Origin: an uncultured Methanosarcinaceae archaeon
GTDB lineage: Archaea; Halobacteriota; Methanosarcinia; Methanosarcinales; Methanosarcinaceae
Length of the DNA: 64,000 nt
Reading direction: 5' to 3'
NCBI GenBank assembly: GCA_963833425.1
Contig: CAWHXP010000011.1
Span: 32,001-96,000 of the forward strand
Position 1 is the first letter of the stretch. The number at the start of each line of letters is the position of its first letter. A model generated the notes under the pieces. It made no database searches. It was not told where the DNA came from and saw only the letters and a program-made list of their open reading frames with translations. Shown here in pieces: positions 35,047-47,916 of this stretch. A program made the translations under genes and the position numbers.

Positions 35047-36157
35047 TTACGAATGAAGTACCGATAGTATATCATCGGGTCTTGCCCGCCTTACAATTCC
35101 ACTTATAGGGTTTTTTATCCCTGTAAGATTATTGGAACTTCCATTCAGGATCATTAAATTAGCTTTATTTCCCTTTTCTATCGAACCTAGTGGAATCCTG
35201 CTCAGTTATAAAAGAACCATTAAGTGTGCAAATTTTAAATACTTGTCTATCCTCAATTGAAAAAACCTTGGACATAAATTCCATTTCAGCAAACATATTT
35301 ACTGAATTTAGCATTACATTATCTGTTCCTGCAGCTACTTTGAGTCCAGCCTCCAGCATTTCTGCAATAGGTGCCATGCCAGCTCCTGTGACAAAATTTG
35401 ATCTTGGACATACTACTACCGGAATTTTCGCATCAGCCACATATTCAATATCTTTTTTTGTGGCAGTAGTTAGATGAATTAGGAGATCAGGCTCAAGTGA
35501 TAGTGCTTTTTCTATATCGCTCCGATTCTTTTCTCCTGCATGAATTGCAAAGAACTTTTTCAGATCTCGTGTGTAGGTTGCGATCTCCTCCAATATTACA
35601 AGATCAAGATCATTTGCCCCGCTCATTCCAATTCCGTTGGAATGTAGAAGAACTCTTTTTACTTCGTCAAGTATCACTATGAGGGGTAATTCAGGCTTTT
35701 CAGGTCTACCGAGTATCATGGAATGAATTTCAAGCCCTTCAAGAGCTTTATTTAGGGCTTCAACTCCTAAAATTCCCCCTTCTCTAAAATCTGCAAAGGC
35801 ATAGGTACCTGTTTCGATCATATCAAATAGAGACTTTCTCATACTTTCTATAAGGATTTTATACGGCGTTTCTCTGAGAATTTCATGCTTTATTCCATCT
35901 GGATATTTTACGAGAGAATCGAGATCTTTCTGAATCCGAAAGCCAGAAATTTTCCCTAAAGGAGGATCTTTGAGTACCGAATCTCCAAGGTGAGTGTGGG
36001 CATTGACAAAACAGGGAGCTATTATATTGGAAGAACACGTGTGTTCCTCTCCAATTTCTGTAATTATTCCGTTATTTATGCAGATATAACCCTCAATAGT
36101 TTCCAGTTCGGGACCTGCAATGATTGTTCCGGAAATAATCTTTTCATTACTGTACAT
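35047..36157 (-). CDS. Amidohydrolase-family protein (frameshift near the 3' end)
   Basis: FVNAHTHLGD, AIHAGE, VVCPRSN, GTDNVM; C-terminus GSIEKGNKANLMIL...RRARPDDI continues in another frame after ~35188. Confidence 0.85.
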
Positions 36158-37033
36158 ATATAATAACCTCTGTTATTTCTCAAAACATATGTGCTCATTT
36201 TGTAGAAGACTAAATATATACATATTGTGTAACTTTTCAGCATGGGGAAAACAATATTATTAGTCACCTTTACTGAGATTCAATAAGCAAACTTTGGTGG
36301 GGTTAATTTATTTGACTGTTAGCTATTGATGATGATTTTATTTTACCTATCAGTCTATAATAAAAAATATCTATTGCGTCAAAATAGAGGCCAACAATCT
36401 GGAAGCTCAAAAATCATTTTGGGTAGGCTAAATGGTTACAACACAATATGAAGCGTCATTTTTTTATGATGAACTAATTTTTATGGATTTTGGATTGTTC
36501 GAGTATTTCCCGTTATATATTTAAAACTTTTTAATGGAATTTTTGATAAATACTATGTGTTATTATTGGTCCTTTTAAGGCTGTTTTTGAATTTTATCAG
36601 GTCATATTTATTTCCTTCAGAGCTTAATCACTTGAGGATAAAGATTCAAGCACAAGTAAGTTTTTCATAAATATTATACTCATAGATAGTTGAAAATTTT
36701 AATAGCACTGATTTTTAGTTCAGCTGTATAACATTAGTTCCGATTTAATGTAGTCACAATAACTATTACTTATTCTTTTCAAATTTTTCTTCAATAGTTC
36801 ACACGAAAAAACTTCATCCAAACCTGATTGCTCTGGATGCCCTTATATGGTAGTTCCAGTCTCCTGGGATAATTCTCTTGCTTGGTCAATGATTCCATGT
36901 GTGAGGTTTCACTCAATTCTTCAGACTAAAATACCTAAAAGAAGCTTTTCTTGGAGCAACACTTTAGGAAGGTGTGTTGATGGCTGTAGAACTACTTCTC
37001 CCATTTGATATTACAACTTGGTTTTAAGTACAA

Positions 37034-37122
37034 GAGGATTTCGATAAACCTCTGATTTCAACAAATTGCTTATATACCCTTTATAAACTATCTACTAAAA
37101 AGTGGGGTTTATCGAAATCGTC
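37034..37122. mobile_element. ~90-bp MITE with IS5-type TIRs
   Basis: GAGGATTTCGATAAACC ... GGTTTATCGAAATCGTC, no coding capacity. Confidence 0.8.
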
Positions 37123-37800
37123 GCAAGTTTATCGAGTTTTTACGCTCCCTGCTTTATTTGATTTAAAAAATCTGTAGGAATTAAATTTTTCTTCTATATC
37201 TATAATATTTGTAGCTCATTTTTTGTCTCCTTGAAGCCAAGTTTCTACCCAACTCCAGAGTTTACCCTAAAAATGCACATACATTTTATCTTCCTTTACT
37301 TCAAAATTTACTAATGGGCTATATATCATGAAATCAGGACATAACTCAAAACTCAGTTTTCATGTGAGGTTAACTAAACTGTTTCATCGATTCTTGAAAC
37401 TGAAGATCCCTTAGAAGACAAAGGTTCCTTGGGATTCACTTATCTATGTCATTTAAAGGCAGTTAAATCAGGAGAAGCATGAATATTTTCGAGTCTCTGT
37501 GACTCTTCTTTATGAACTCTGGAGATATGTGCTTGCGCCTTATCTTTCCAATCTAAAAGAAGACAAAATGCTTTTTTATTACAACACAAAGTATATATCA
37601 TATGGTGCGTTTTCTAGTGATGTTTTTACCGAAGAACCTACGCTTTTGCAGGAATTCCTGAAAAGCCACGCAGCAATTTTTTTGTGGCGGATTTAAATCT
37701 CCCGATCGATTTGTTGGTCCGTTATAGTCGGTAAAGATATAACTTCAGCCCAGAAAATTTTCCTTCTGGGCATCGATCAATTGATATCAGGAGAACTATT

Positions 37801-38260
<460 letters not shown>

Positions 38261-38829
38261 CACTATAACTATTTTAGATTATGTAGTCGGTTTTGCTTCT
38301 CGCCAAACCGCTCTTCATACTATTTTTGAAGATATATTATTTTTATTGTTTTACCAAGTGATTTTTCCTATATTATTTTGGAATAATTTCGCCTCAAATT
38401 TTTTATAATTTCTCCATACTCTCACAACCTACAAAAAACTAAATATTATTCTAAGTATTGATTCTACTGGCAATAGAGTTCTAAAAGATATTTTCTGGTG
38501 ACCCTAGGTATTCAAGTTTCAAGGTAATGTGGAGCTTTCTGTCGTATCATTGAATGAATTCTTCAAAGATTTCAAACTTGCCTCTGTAAAACTATGGTAT
38601 ACATTGAATCATTTCTCAATTTTTCAGTTTATCTGAGGATTTTTTAACCATGCAAGTATTGGCTTATTTGCTTCTGTGATCCATTATTAGTTTCTTTAAT
38701 GGCATATATTCCAGTATTGTCTGAAGAGTTCGACCATCACTTAGATCGTATTTTGCGTGTTGCAATCATAGTCAACTTACAAATTAATTACATTTTTAAA
38801 AACCAATTATAGTTGGAAACGTAATTATA

Positions 38830-38917
38830 GAGAATTTCGATAAATCACTACGTTTCTTCATATGTTCATAAAGGGTATAATACAACTAGTGAAAACCAAA
38901 GGCTAATAGAAATTCTC
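38830..38917. mobile_element. ~90-bp MITE with IS5-type TIRs (opposite orientation)
   Basis: GAGAATTTCGATAAA ... ATAGAAATTCTC; internal AAAGGGTATA matches the reverse complement of the other copies. Confidence 0.7.
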
Positions 38918-39226
38918 TTTAATTTATCATGTTAACTTATTCTTTCAAAAAATAAATATTCAGAATTTGAGAATATTTTAGCTACATTAGATGCATTCAT
39001 GTATATACTAACTAAATATATTTTATTATAATTTTATCCAGCTAATGCTTTAGTAGTGTTCTCCTAATCATTAATTTTCTGGTATACAACTTTTTATTTA
39101 TAGGGGATAGCTTCAAATTATTTATATAGTTGTATTACATAATAACAATGGGGCTTTCAGTACAAGGACAGAGGTGTGTTATTCACAATTGATGAACATC
39201 TTATGAAAGAAAAGGGGATACAATAC

Positions 39227-39472
39227 ATGGAACAGATAAAGAATTGTATAATTGATTATTTGAAGGCTAACTCTTTTATGGACAAGGATACCAAATTTGG
39301 AGATAATGATTCTCTTACTCAGAGCGGAATTATAGATTCAATTGGTCTGCTTGAACTCGTGGACTACATCAGTGAGAAATATTCGATTGAAATTCCTGAA
39401 GACATGCTAACGCCGGAAAACTTTGACTCATTGCAGGGAATTACTAATATGATACTCAAGCTGGCGAAGTGA
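39227..39472 (+). CDS. Acyl/peptidyl carrier protein
   Basis: 81 aa, acidic; GIIDSIGLLELV phosphopantetheine-Ser motif; IPEDMLTPENFDSL; AAGGGG RBS. Confidence 0.9.
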   Translation: MEQIKNCIIDYLKANSFMDKDTKFGDNDSLTQSGIIDSIGLLELVDYISEKYSIEIPEDMLTPENFDSLQGITNMILKLAK

Positions 39473-40957
39473 AAAAAATGCGAATTGATGCGTATATCAC
39501 AGAATACGCCAGAATAACTCCTCAAAATATTGCTCTTGAAGAAGGCAAAAATTCAGTTTCCTATGGCTGTCTTGATGAGGATATAAATATTCTCGCTTCG
39601 TCTCTGATGGATTTTGAACATTGCAGATTTGCAATACTGGCAGAGTCTGGTATACAATATATAAAAATACTTATGGCTGTATACAGGTCAGCCAACATTG
39701 CAATCCCTCTTCCGATCGAATTCCCAAAATTCAGTCTTGAATTGATCCTTGATGCTGACAATGTCAATAATATAATTGCAACAGATACACAGTATTTTAG
39801 ATTTGGAGAGAGTTTTTTTGAACGCTTTGGAACCGTGATCATTGTTGACAATGATAATTCTTTAAATATTCTCCGTAGGAAGGCCGAATCAGAAACAAAT
39901 AAACCGAAACTTCGACTGGTCCTTTACACCTCAGGCACAACAGGTACTCCAAAAGGAGTCATGTTGAGTGACAAAAACCTGGTAGCAAATGCAAAATCAA
40001 TAATAGAAGTGCTTGGAATAACTCCAAAAGATAAAGCAGCACTTGTTATATCCATGCACCATGCTTTTGGGAATTCCATAATAGATTCCCACATTATGGC
40101 TGGCGGATCAATCAGAATTGGAAGCATGAATTTTATGGATTCGGTTTTCAATCTGGTTGAGTCAGAAGTATCCATATTCTATGGAGTGCCCAGCACATAT
40201 CGTATACTTCTCAAGTATCCAGATAGATTCAAAAAAGCTTTTGCTAATGTCAGAATTGCTGCATCTGCTGGTGGCGGCATGGATCGAAAGATTATAACTG
40301 ATATATGGGGACTAACTCCTAATATCGATATTTTGCCAATGTATGGCCAGACGGAAGCTACAGCACGGCTTGCCTACCTTCCAGCAGAAGATGTGAATAA
40401 ATTCATTGACACTATAGGAAAAGCAATTCCAGGGGTTGAGCTGGATGTCTTTGATTCTGAGTACAGATCAGTAGAACCAAATATAACAGGTGAATTGGTT
40501 GCTAGGGGGGACAATATCCTGTTAGGTTACCTAGATGATGAAATCTCCACTAAGGAGAGGATCATAGATGGGTGGCTGCATACAGGAGACCTTGCACAAA
40601 AATTGCCTAATGGGTATATTAAACTGCTGGGTCGTAAGGACGATATCATTAAAATTGGCGATCATCGTGTGAACCCAAGAGAAATTGAAAGGCATATAGA
40701 GGAGAATAACAAGGTTTCCAAAGTTTTTGTTGTGCCTGTATCCCATGAACTTTTGGGAACTGCGATCAGCCTCATGGTCATACCTACGAAGGGGACAGAA
40801 ATCAATACATCTATTTACATTCTGCCGGAAGAGCCTGCCAGGTTACCTGTGCCCAAGAGAAATATTACTCATAGATAATCTCCCATTAAGCGAGAACGGA
40901 AAAATATCCAATCGATCCATTATAGAGGAATACAAACATGTCAAAGCTAGTATGTAA
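39469..40957 (+). CDS. AMP-dependent acyl/aminoacyl-carrier ligase (ANL superfamily); frameshift near 40812
   Basis: LYTSGTTGTPKGVML, MYGQTEA, GWLHTGDLA, GRKDDIIKIGDHRVNPREIE; C-terminal LPLSENGKI in the next frame. Confidence 0.88.
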
Positions 40958-41948
40958 AAAATGTGTTCTGGATTCGGATATCCCAGGTATAGATATTAAT
41001 AAGGAAACTGGTCTCTGCCATTTTTGTGAGACTTACACTCCTCTTTTATCACAGGAAAAGAGTGAATATCTGAGTAAAATTGATGAGCTGTTTAAAAATT
41101 GCAGCGGAAAGGGTAATTATAGCGTTATTTATGCACTTTCCGGTGGGAAGGATTCTTCATACACGCTTTACAAGCTCAAAAAAGAATATCCTTTCCTGAA
41201 TGTTTTGGCTGTTCAGTTCGATAATGGATTTATTTCTGAAAATGCAATAAAAAATGCCAAAAAGATGTGCAAGGTCACAGGCTGCGATTATTTTCAGCTG
41301 ACAATAGAGAAGGATATACTTTACGATACATTTCGAAAAGCGGCCGAATCTTACGATGCATTTCCTAAATTCGCTAAATACCGAGCCAGTGATATCTGCA
41401 ATATCTGTATCACTATCATCAAACAGAAACTTATAGAACAGGCCATCATTCAGAAGGCACCTTTTATTGTATTTGCTTTCACAGCTGGACAATCTCCTAA
41501 TCCTATAATTAACTTATCACTTAACTTCATACAATGGTCCAGGAATCTATTTGAAAAGCAGCTTCAAAAAATAGGCGTTGATGATAAAGATGAATTATTC
41601 CTCATAAAAAGTGAGATTATTGAGAATATGGGGGAGAATGTTCTAAGTATTCTGCATCCATTGTGTCTATGGGAATATAGTGAGGATAAAGTACTGAGGA
41701 CATTGTTGGAAATTGGTTGGGAGCTACCGGATATTAAAGACAGTAATTCAACCAATTGTACATTGAACTCCTTTGCCTGCTATAACCATCTAGAGAAATA
41801 TGGGTTCCATCCTTATGCCTTTGATACAGCAGGACTTGTCAGAAGTGGGGAAATGTCTAGGGAAGAAGGATTTGAAAAAATTAACCAGGAGCTATCTAAA
41901 CAATTGATAGAAGAAGCTGCAAATAAGCTTAAGATTAAAAACAAATAA
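40938..41948 (+). CDS. N-type ATP pyrophosphatase (PP-loop) amidotransferase-like protein
   Basis: CKKC...CHFC Zn-like motif, ALSGGKDSSY PP-loop, DNGF, DICNIC, STNC, LVRSGEMSREE. Confidence 0.85.
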   Translation: MSKLVCKKCVLDSDIPGIDINKETGLCHFCETYTPLLSQEKSEYLSKIDELFKNCSGKGNYSVIYALSGGKDSSYTLYKLKKEYPFLNVLAVQFDNGFISENAIKNAKKMCKVTGCDYFQLTIEKDILYDTFRKAAESYDAFPKFAKYRASDICNICITIIKQKLIEQAIIQKAPFIVFAFTAGQSPNPIINLSLNFIQWSRNLFEKQLQKIGVDDKDELFLIKSEIIENMGENVLSILHPLCLWEYSEDKVLRTLLEIGWELPDIKDSNSTNCTLNSFACYNHLEKYGFHPYAFDTAGLVRSGEMSREEGFEKINQELSKQLIEEAANKLKIKNK

Positions 41949-42035
41949 TTTTAAAAAATTATTAACTACGATTTAATCCATAATTATGATATATTTTATT
42001 AATATAAATAAAATGGCTATTAGAGGGATGATATT

Positions 42036-43028
42036 ATGCAAGCAGTTGAAGAATTGAATGTGCAGATAATGGAAGAACTGAGCAGAGACATTGAAAATCT
42101 AGCTTCAAATATTAGAGGTTTTATTAGAAGTCAGATAGTGAGTTTTAAGAAAAAAGGAGTGCTTTTAGGAGTTTCAGGTGGAATTGATTCAGCTGTTAGC
42201 TCTTACACTTTGTGTACAGGAGCTTGGGAGTGAAAACGTGTATGGGCTTCTCCTTCCTGAAAAAGAATCTGCTCCTTCCAGTAAAATTTTGGGCGCAGAA
42301 ATCTGCGAAAGCCTGGGTGTGTCGTATGAGGATGTTCCTATATCTCCAATCCTGGAGTCCCTTGATATTTATGAGAAAAAGGAACAGATCATTAAGAGAA
42401 CCTGCCCAGAATACGATGCAAGAATTCATAAAACATCTCTAATACTGCCTGATTTCCTTAACCAGGGGCTTTTGAATGTCCCTTATATCCGATTGATAAA
42501 GGATGGTAAGACGGTTGCAAAATACAGGCTAAAGGCAAGTGACTATCTGGAACTGATCGGACTGCAGGGTGTCAAGCAGCGGTCTAGAATGGTAATTCAG
42601 TACATGTATGCTGAAAAGATGAACTATCGTTGTTTGTGGGACAACCAACAAGACTGAACTTGTCCTTGGTCAGTTCGTAAAATATGGAGATGGAGGTGTA
42701 GACCTCGAGCCTCTTGCTGATTGTTATAAGACTCAGATATATGCCCTTGGGAAATTTTTGGATGTCAATGAAGAGATTATGAAACGCCCTCCCAGTGCTG
42801 ATACATGGAGTCATTATACGACTGATGAGGAGTTCTACTGGCGTATGCCCATGCACGTTATTGATCAGTTGCTATATTCCCAAGAACAGCATTTACCTTT
42901 GGAGATAATTGAAAAGAACACAGGATTATCCAGAGATCAGATAGAAAAGGCTCAAAGACACCTTAATAAAATAAAAATACACTGAATATATAAGGGCTAG
43001 CCCCCCTATTTACTATCTGAGCAAATGA
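42036..43028 (+). CDS. nadE: NadE-like (NH3-dependent NAD+ synthetase family) protein, apparent frameshifts
   Basis: LGVSGGIDSAV, KQRSRMVIQY..AEK, GTTNKTE..GQFVKYGDGGVDLEPL, PPSADTWS..TDEEFY; split near 42197, 42627 and 42975. Confidence 0.82.
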
Positions 43029-43121
43029 AATTTAGACCAAATAAATTATCGGAGGCAAAGATGTAATAGCAACAATCAAGAAATTTTGCTACTTTGCCTG
43101 AAGCAGAAAACCAAGCATTTA

Positions 43122-43212
43122 GAGGATTTCGATTAAACCTCTGATTTCTATAGGTCATTTATATACCATTTTATAAGTATATGACGAAATATTAGGGTTT
43201 ATCGAAATCCTC
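43122..43212. mobile_element. ~90-bp MITE with IS5-type TIRs
   Basis: TA-GAGGATTTCGATTAAACC ... GGTTTATCGAAATCCTC-TA. Confidence 0.85.
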
Positions 43213-43235
43213 TATTAATTATATCTGACATATCT

Positions 43236-44369
43236 ATGAATACAAAGGTTTCTATTGTCCGTTGCATTGATTATTCGAACGCAAAGGAAGCGATCAAAGA
43301 GTCGCTAAATCTGATAGGTGGTCTTGAGAAGATCATAGCTCCCGGAAACCGCGTATTGCTCAAACCCAATGTACTTGGTATAAGGCCTCCAGAGGATGCA
43401 GTCACAACTCATCCAGCAATAGTATCTGCAATGTGTGAACTGGTTTCAGAGGTGGGAGGTGTTCCACTTATAGGAGATGGGTCCGGAATTGTAAGCTCCG
43501 GATCTACTACCACTTCGCAGGCATTTAAGGTAACTGGAATTGAAGATGTGGCTTCCAGGTTCGGGGTAGAGTTGATCAATTTTGAGACATACGGTTATGT
43601 TGAGGTTGATAGTCCAGATCCCAGACAATTGCCACATTTATACATATCAAAAGCGATACTCGAGGCAGATGTAATAATTTCGCTTCCAAAGCTCAAGACC
43701 CATGAGCTCACGCTGTATACAGGAGCAGTAAAAAATTTCTTTGGTATCCTACCTCAAAAAAATAGGAAGCAGGCCCACTTTCTGGAAGATCGTGATCATT
43801 TTGGAGAGGTAGTCGCTGACATTTACTCTATTGTCAAGCCTCATCTTGCAGTCATGGATGGTGTAGTCGGGATGGAGGGGAATGGTCCATCGAATGGTAC
43901 GCCTATCTTTGTAGGTGTAATCATGGCAAGTTATGACTGTGTAGCCCTGGATATTGTGGCCTCTGAGCTAATAGGGATTGACCCTCTAAAAGTTCCCACA
44001 AACAGAGCTGCAATCTCAAGGGGATTTGGGACGGAGTGTCTGGAGATTGTTGGAATACCTTTGGCCGAAGTAAAAGTTAGGTTCAAAAGACCAGAAGGTG
44101 GTGTTACTGCCATGATACCATCTTTTCTGATGAGGATCCTTCGAAGGCAGTTAACTGTAAAGCCCTTTATCAACACCTCAAGTTGTACACTTTGCAAAAC
44201 ATGCATTTTGAATTGCTCGGCAAATGCCATTGAAGAAGTAGGCAGGTCTCTCAAAATAAATGAAAGAAAATGTATTCAGTGTTATTGTTGCCGCGAACTT
44301 TGCCCCAAAGATGCGGTAGGAATAAAGAAATCACTACTTCTAAAGCTGGTTACAAGAAATAAAAACTAA
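43236..44369 (+). CDS. DUF362-family protein with C-terminal 2x[4Fe-4S] ferredoxin domain
   Basis: VLLKPN...VTTHP, DVIISLPKLKTH..TGAVKN.FG, MEGNGP; CTLCKTCILNC and CIQCYCCRELCP. Confidence 0.9.
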   Translation: MNTKVSIVRCIDYSNAKEAIKESLNLIGGLEKIIAPGNRVLLKPNVLGIRPPEDAVTTHPAIVSAMCELVSEVGGVPLIGDGSGIVSSGSTTTSQAFKVTGIEDVASRFGVELINFETYGYVEVDSPDPRQLPHLYISKAILEADVIISLPKLKTHELTLYTGAVKNFFGILPQKNRKQAHFLEDRDHFGEVVADIYSIVKPHLAVMDGVVGMEGNGPSNGTPIFVGVIMASYDCVALDIVASELIGIDPLKVPTNRAAISRGFGTECLEIVGIPLAEVKVRFKRPEGGVTAMIPSFLMRILRRQLTVKPFINTSSCTLCKTCILNCSANAIEEVGRSLKINERKCIQCYCCRELCPKDAVGIKKSLLLKLVTRNKN

Positions 44370-44495
44370 CAAAAAATTTATCCCAAAATTAAGTCCTCTT
44401 CAGTGCTGTTAATCAAAAATTAATTATAAAAAATATAATTATTTGTCAAAAGTAATGTAGAGTGAAAGATTTAATTGAAAAATGGGGTCACTAAT

Positions 44496-45029
44496 ATGAG
44501 TACCTTAATATCTAATAGAGATAAAGTAACCTATCGCGAAATTGCTGATCATTACAACAGCAATAAACTACTATTTGGAATAAAGTATTTCAAAAACTGG
44601 ATTTTGGAACTACTTGCCTCAAATGTTCCTGTTCCTTCATGGAGAGCAAAACTGCATAGGATGAGGGGTGTAAATGTTGGGAAGAACGTATACATCGGTT
44701 ATAACGTAGTTTTTGACAGGTTACACCCTGAATTGATTACAGTAGGGGATTATGCTGAAATCGGTGATAGGTGCATATTATCTGCACATTCAAGGGGCAG
44801 CTTAACCACAAGACAGGCATATCCAAGAAGTATGGCTCCAATCATAATCGGTCGCGGGGTTTCTGTTAATCCAGGGTGTATAATTACTCAGGGAGTCAAA
44901 ATTGGAGAAAATTCAATAATAGGAATAGGGTCTGTAGTTAGCCGTGATATTTCTCCAAATAGTCTAGCTCTGGGCTACCCGGCAAAAGTTATTAAAAAAC
45001 TTGATTGTGTAGGGGAGCTTCAAACCTAA
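44496..45029 (+). CDS. Hexapeptide-repeat (LbetaH) acyltransferase
   Basis: GVNVGKNVYIG, ITVGDYAEIG, GVKIGENSIIGIGSVVSRDI...LGYPAKVIK. Confidence 0.9.
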   Translation: MSTLISNRDKVTYREIADHYNSNKLLFGIKYFKNWILELLASNVPVPSWRAKLHRMRGVNVGKNVYIGYNVVFDRLHPELITVGDYAEIGDRCILSAHSRGSLTTRQAYPRSMAPIIIGRGVSVNPGCIITQGVKIGENSIIGIGSVVSRDISPNSLALGYPAKVIKKLDCVGELQT

Positions 45030-45086
45030 TTCTTCATATTTTTTTAATTATTTGTCGGATCTGTATTTGAATGCGATACCAAGTTG

Positions 45087-45941
45087 GGTTCCGTTGCAAA
45101 AAATCTTTTCTAAGGATACAATAGAATGAAAGAAAACCAAAGACAGTAATATGCTATCTAATTCCTTTAAATAAAAGCATTATGAAGGAGAAATTATCCT
45201 ATTGAATGTAAGATGGTACTTAAAATACCCATTGAGCTAAAGAAATTTAAATGAAATGATGATAGAAAGAGAAATTCAAATTGATCACAGTACTATAAAT
45301 GAGATGGATACATCAATATTCCCCTGAAATAGAAAAGAAGATAAGAAGACATTTAAGACCAACAAATGATTCGTGGAGAGTTGATGAAACCTATATCAAA
45401 GTAAAAGGTAAATGAAAATATCTTTACAGAGCAGTTGACTCAAATGGTGATACAATCAATTTCATGTTAACTGCAAAACGAAACTAAAAGCAGTGAAGAA
45501 ATTCTTCAAGAAAGCTTTGAGCTCTAATCAGAATCAAATTCCAAGAGCAATAACCTTTGATAAGAATCAAGTTTATCCTATTGTCATACACGAACTGAAA
45601 AATGATAAAATACTACCTAAAAACGTAGGCATTAGACAAATCAAGTATTTGAATAAAATTATAAAACAAGATCATAGATCTATAAAGCGAATCGTTAATC
45701 CAATGTTAGGATTTCAGTCTTTTCGCTCTGCAAGTAAGATTTTAAAAGGAATTGAAGCTATGAATATGGTTAAAAAAGGACAAATCAAGAATCCAAACTA
45801 CTCTGGTCTTAATGAAGCTAAATATACCAATCAATTATTTGGAATAGTTCTGTAATATTGATACATTTTCCTTGAATCTTTTGACTTTTATTTATTATTC
45901 ATATATTTACGTGCTTATTCTGCGATTTTTGCAACGGAACC
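45087..45941 (+). mobile_element. IS6-family insertion sequence (855 bp), transposase inactivated
   Basis: TIRs GGTTCCGTTGCAAAAA; SWRVDETYIKVKG*KYLYRAVD, QDHRSIKR; several in-frame stops. Confidence 0.93.
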
Positions 45942-46301
45942 CTATCGATGACGGTGCTTTATATGAATTAGTTTCAAATGTTCCAGGAACTCAATAAGCT
46001 TTATGAGCTCCATACGTTCTATGAGTCGTAGACCAGCTATGATTCTAATTTTAGATGGAACTTAGGTAATTGATAAATTTTATTACAAGAAATATATAAT
46101 GAAATTTTAAAAACGAAAACTTTTCCAATAAAAATATTAGCTCTGAATTCTGTTTTTTTGTGATAGAGTAAAGTGATACAGAGTGAATTAAATTTTAAAA
46201 ATTTTAAGATATATATAATAAGCACACAGTTGACTTTAAAGCTTGGATCTATTTTGGCACGATAATCTATTCCATAGTATGTGCTCTTATTTTAAAAAAT
46301 T

Positions 46302-46637
46302 TTATTGAGAGTCGTTTTGTAGTACATGTACCCCGGTTGTAAAGTTTTCTGTGGGTCCAAAGCGACGAAAACAACGAATAGTCGGCTTTTCGAACTCCTC
46401 TTTATACCCTGCATGACTAACTTGCTCGTTATATAGATTGCTCTCTGTCAGCTCCACTGCGATTTCCCTGACATACTCCTTATCCTTGTAGTCCATTTGA
46501 AAAATGATATCTGTTAGCCCCTCAACAATTGTCTTTCTTTCTTCACACTCTTCATAATAATCACTCTTTTTTAGATCAGGGTTATGTAACAGATAAAATA
46601 CCAGCTTTAGTAAGATCATCCTTATGTTCAAATACAC
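46302..46637 (-). CDS. Hypothetical protein (possibly a fragment)
   Basis: 111-aa ORF with protein-like composition, no recognised motif. Confidence 0.4.
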   Translation of the reverse strand: MYLNIRMILLKLVFYLLHNPDLKKSDYYEECEERKTIVEGLTDIIFQMDYKDKEYVREIAVELTESNLYNEQVSHAGYKEEFEKPTIRCFRRFGPTENFTTGVHVLQNDSQ

Positions 46638-46639
46638 TG

Positions 46640-47582
46640 ATCATGAATAAGTGACATTCCATCTGATAATATTGTTTTGTTCAATCTATGTCTTTTTTGA
46701 CCGACTGTGATCTTGTTTGTATCGGGTGGGTATATAACATCCTTGCTGACAACCTGATTAGTCTTCAAAGAGTATTCATACGTGAGAACCTGACCATCAT
46801 CATATACTTCGAATATTCGAGCACCTCTGAATGTATCACCATTTGAATTCAGGCAGCCGTCTTAACAGTTAAAAATTGATGTGTTATAAAATGATGTGTT
46901 ATTAATTGATGGGTTAATTTGGAGACAGCTGTTAATACCTTGATTATGTCCATTGATAACTGCTACAACATTTGGATGCGAATTTATGATGTCAATATAT
47001 TTCTTATTTTTTACAGCATGATACCCATCTTCGAATGGTTGGATTACCTGCGATACGTGAGTAAGCACGAAAACTCTTTTGTTAGCATATGTATTTAGAG
47101 CCCACTTCAGATAATCTGGATTTGCGATTTATAAGTTGTCACTGATGTTTAGGAACACAAACGTAAAATTGCCATTGGTTATCAATGAGTCTGTTGAATA
47201 ATTTAACACACTATAAAATATAAAATTGTTTAACCCTTCCCAGTTCCCTATCACATAGTAATATGGATTCAACAATTTACTGAAATAATTGTCTTGCAGC
47301 TTAATCATAAATAAAATGGCGTCAATTCTATCTTTAGGTTCAAATATATCACCATTGAAAAATGTGTAATTTAGCCCTGATGAGTTGTGCTCATTATTTG
47401 ACCACTAATTAAATTATTTAAATCTTCTTCCCATGAAGTTTCCCGTGGTTCCTCCGAATTATGCAGGTCGCTACCTACCGCAAATCTCATGACGATGTGA
47501 TTATTTTGTGCTGCTGTTCTGTTGTAGAATATAGTATAATTATAAAAATAACCCATAGTAAATATAGATATTTCAATTCCAT
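46640..47582 (-). pseudogene. Secreted calcineurin-like metallophosphoesterase, fragmented
   Basis: Fragments RFAVGSDLH, FFNGDI, YYVIGN, FVLTH, VVAVINGHN in order, with an N-terminal hydrophobic anchor. Confidence 0.75.
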
Positions 47583-47916
47583 TCCCCCATCTCTGAGTTT
47601 TACTGAATGCAGTGTTGAAATTAGCAACAAGTACTGTGAACGTTGATACTTTTTAATGAGCTTTATTATCCGGATTATATATTGTGCCATTCCCTGACAT
47701 TCCTATAAAATATCTAATTAGCGGTATTTACTGATGCATAATCTAATTTTACAATATTCTATAAAATAAAATAAATTTGTGTAAATAATTATTATAAGTT
47801 GGAACGGATCTTTTTATAACGGAACCGTTCATAATGCTACAAGTAAATTAGTAATTATATAGTTTTGTCATGCTTTATCTGTTCTTTGTATTTTGCAAAA
47901 TGATCCTTAAAAATGA

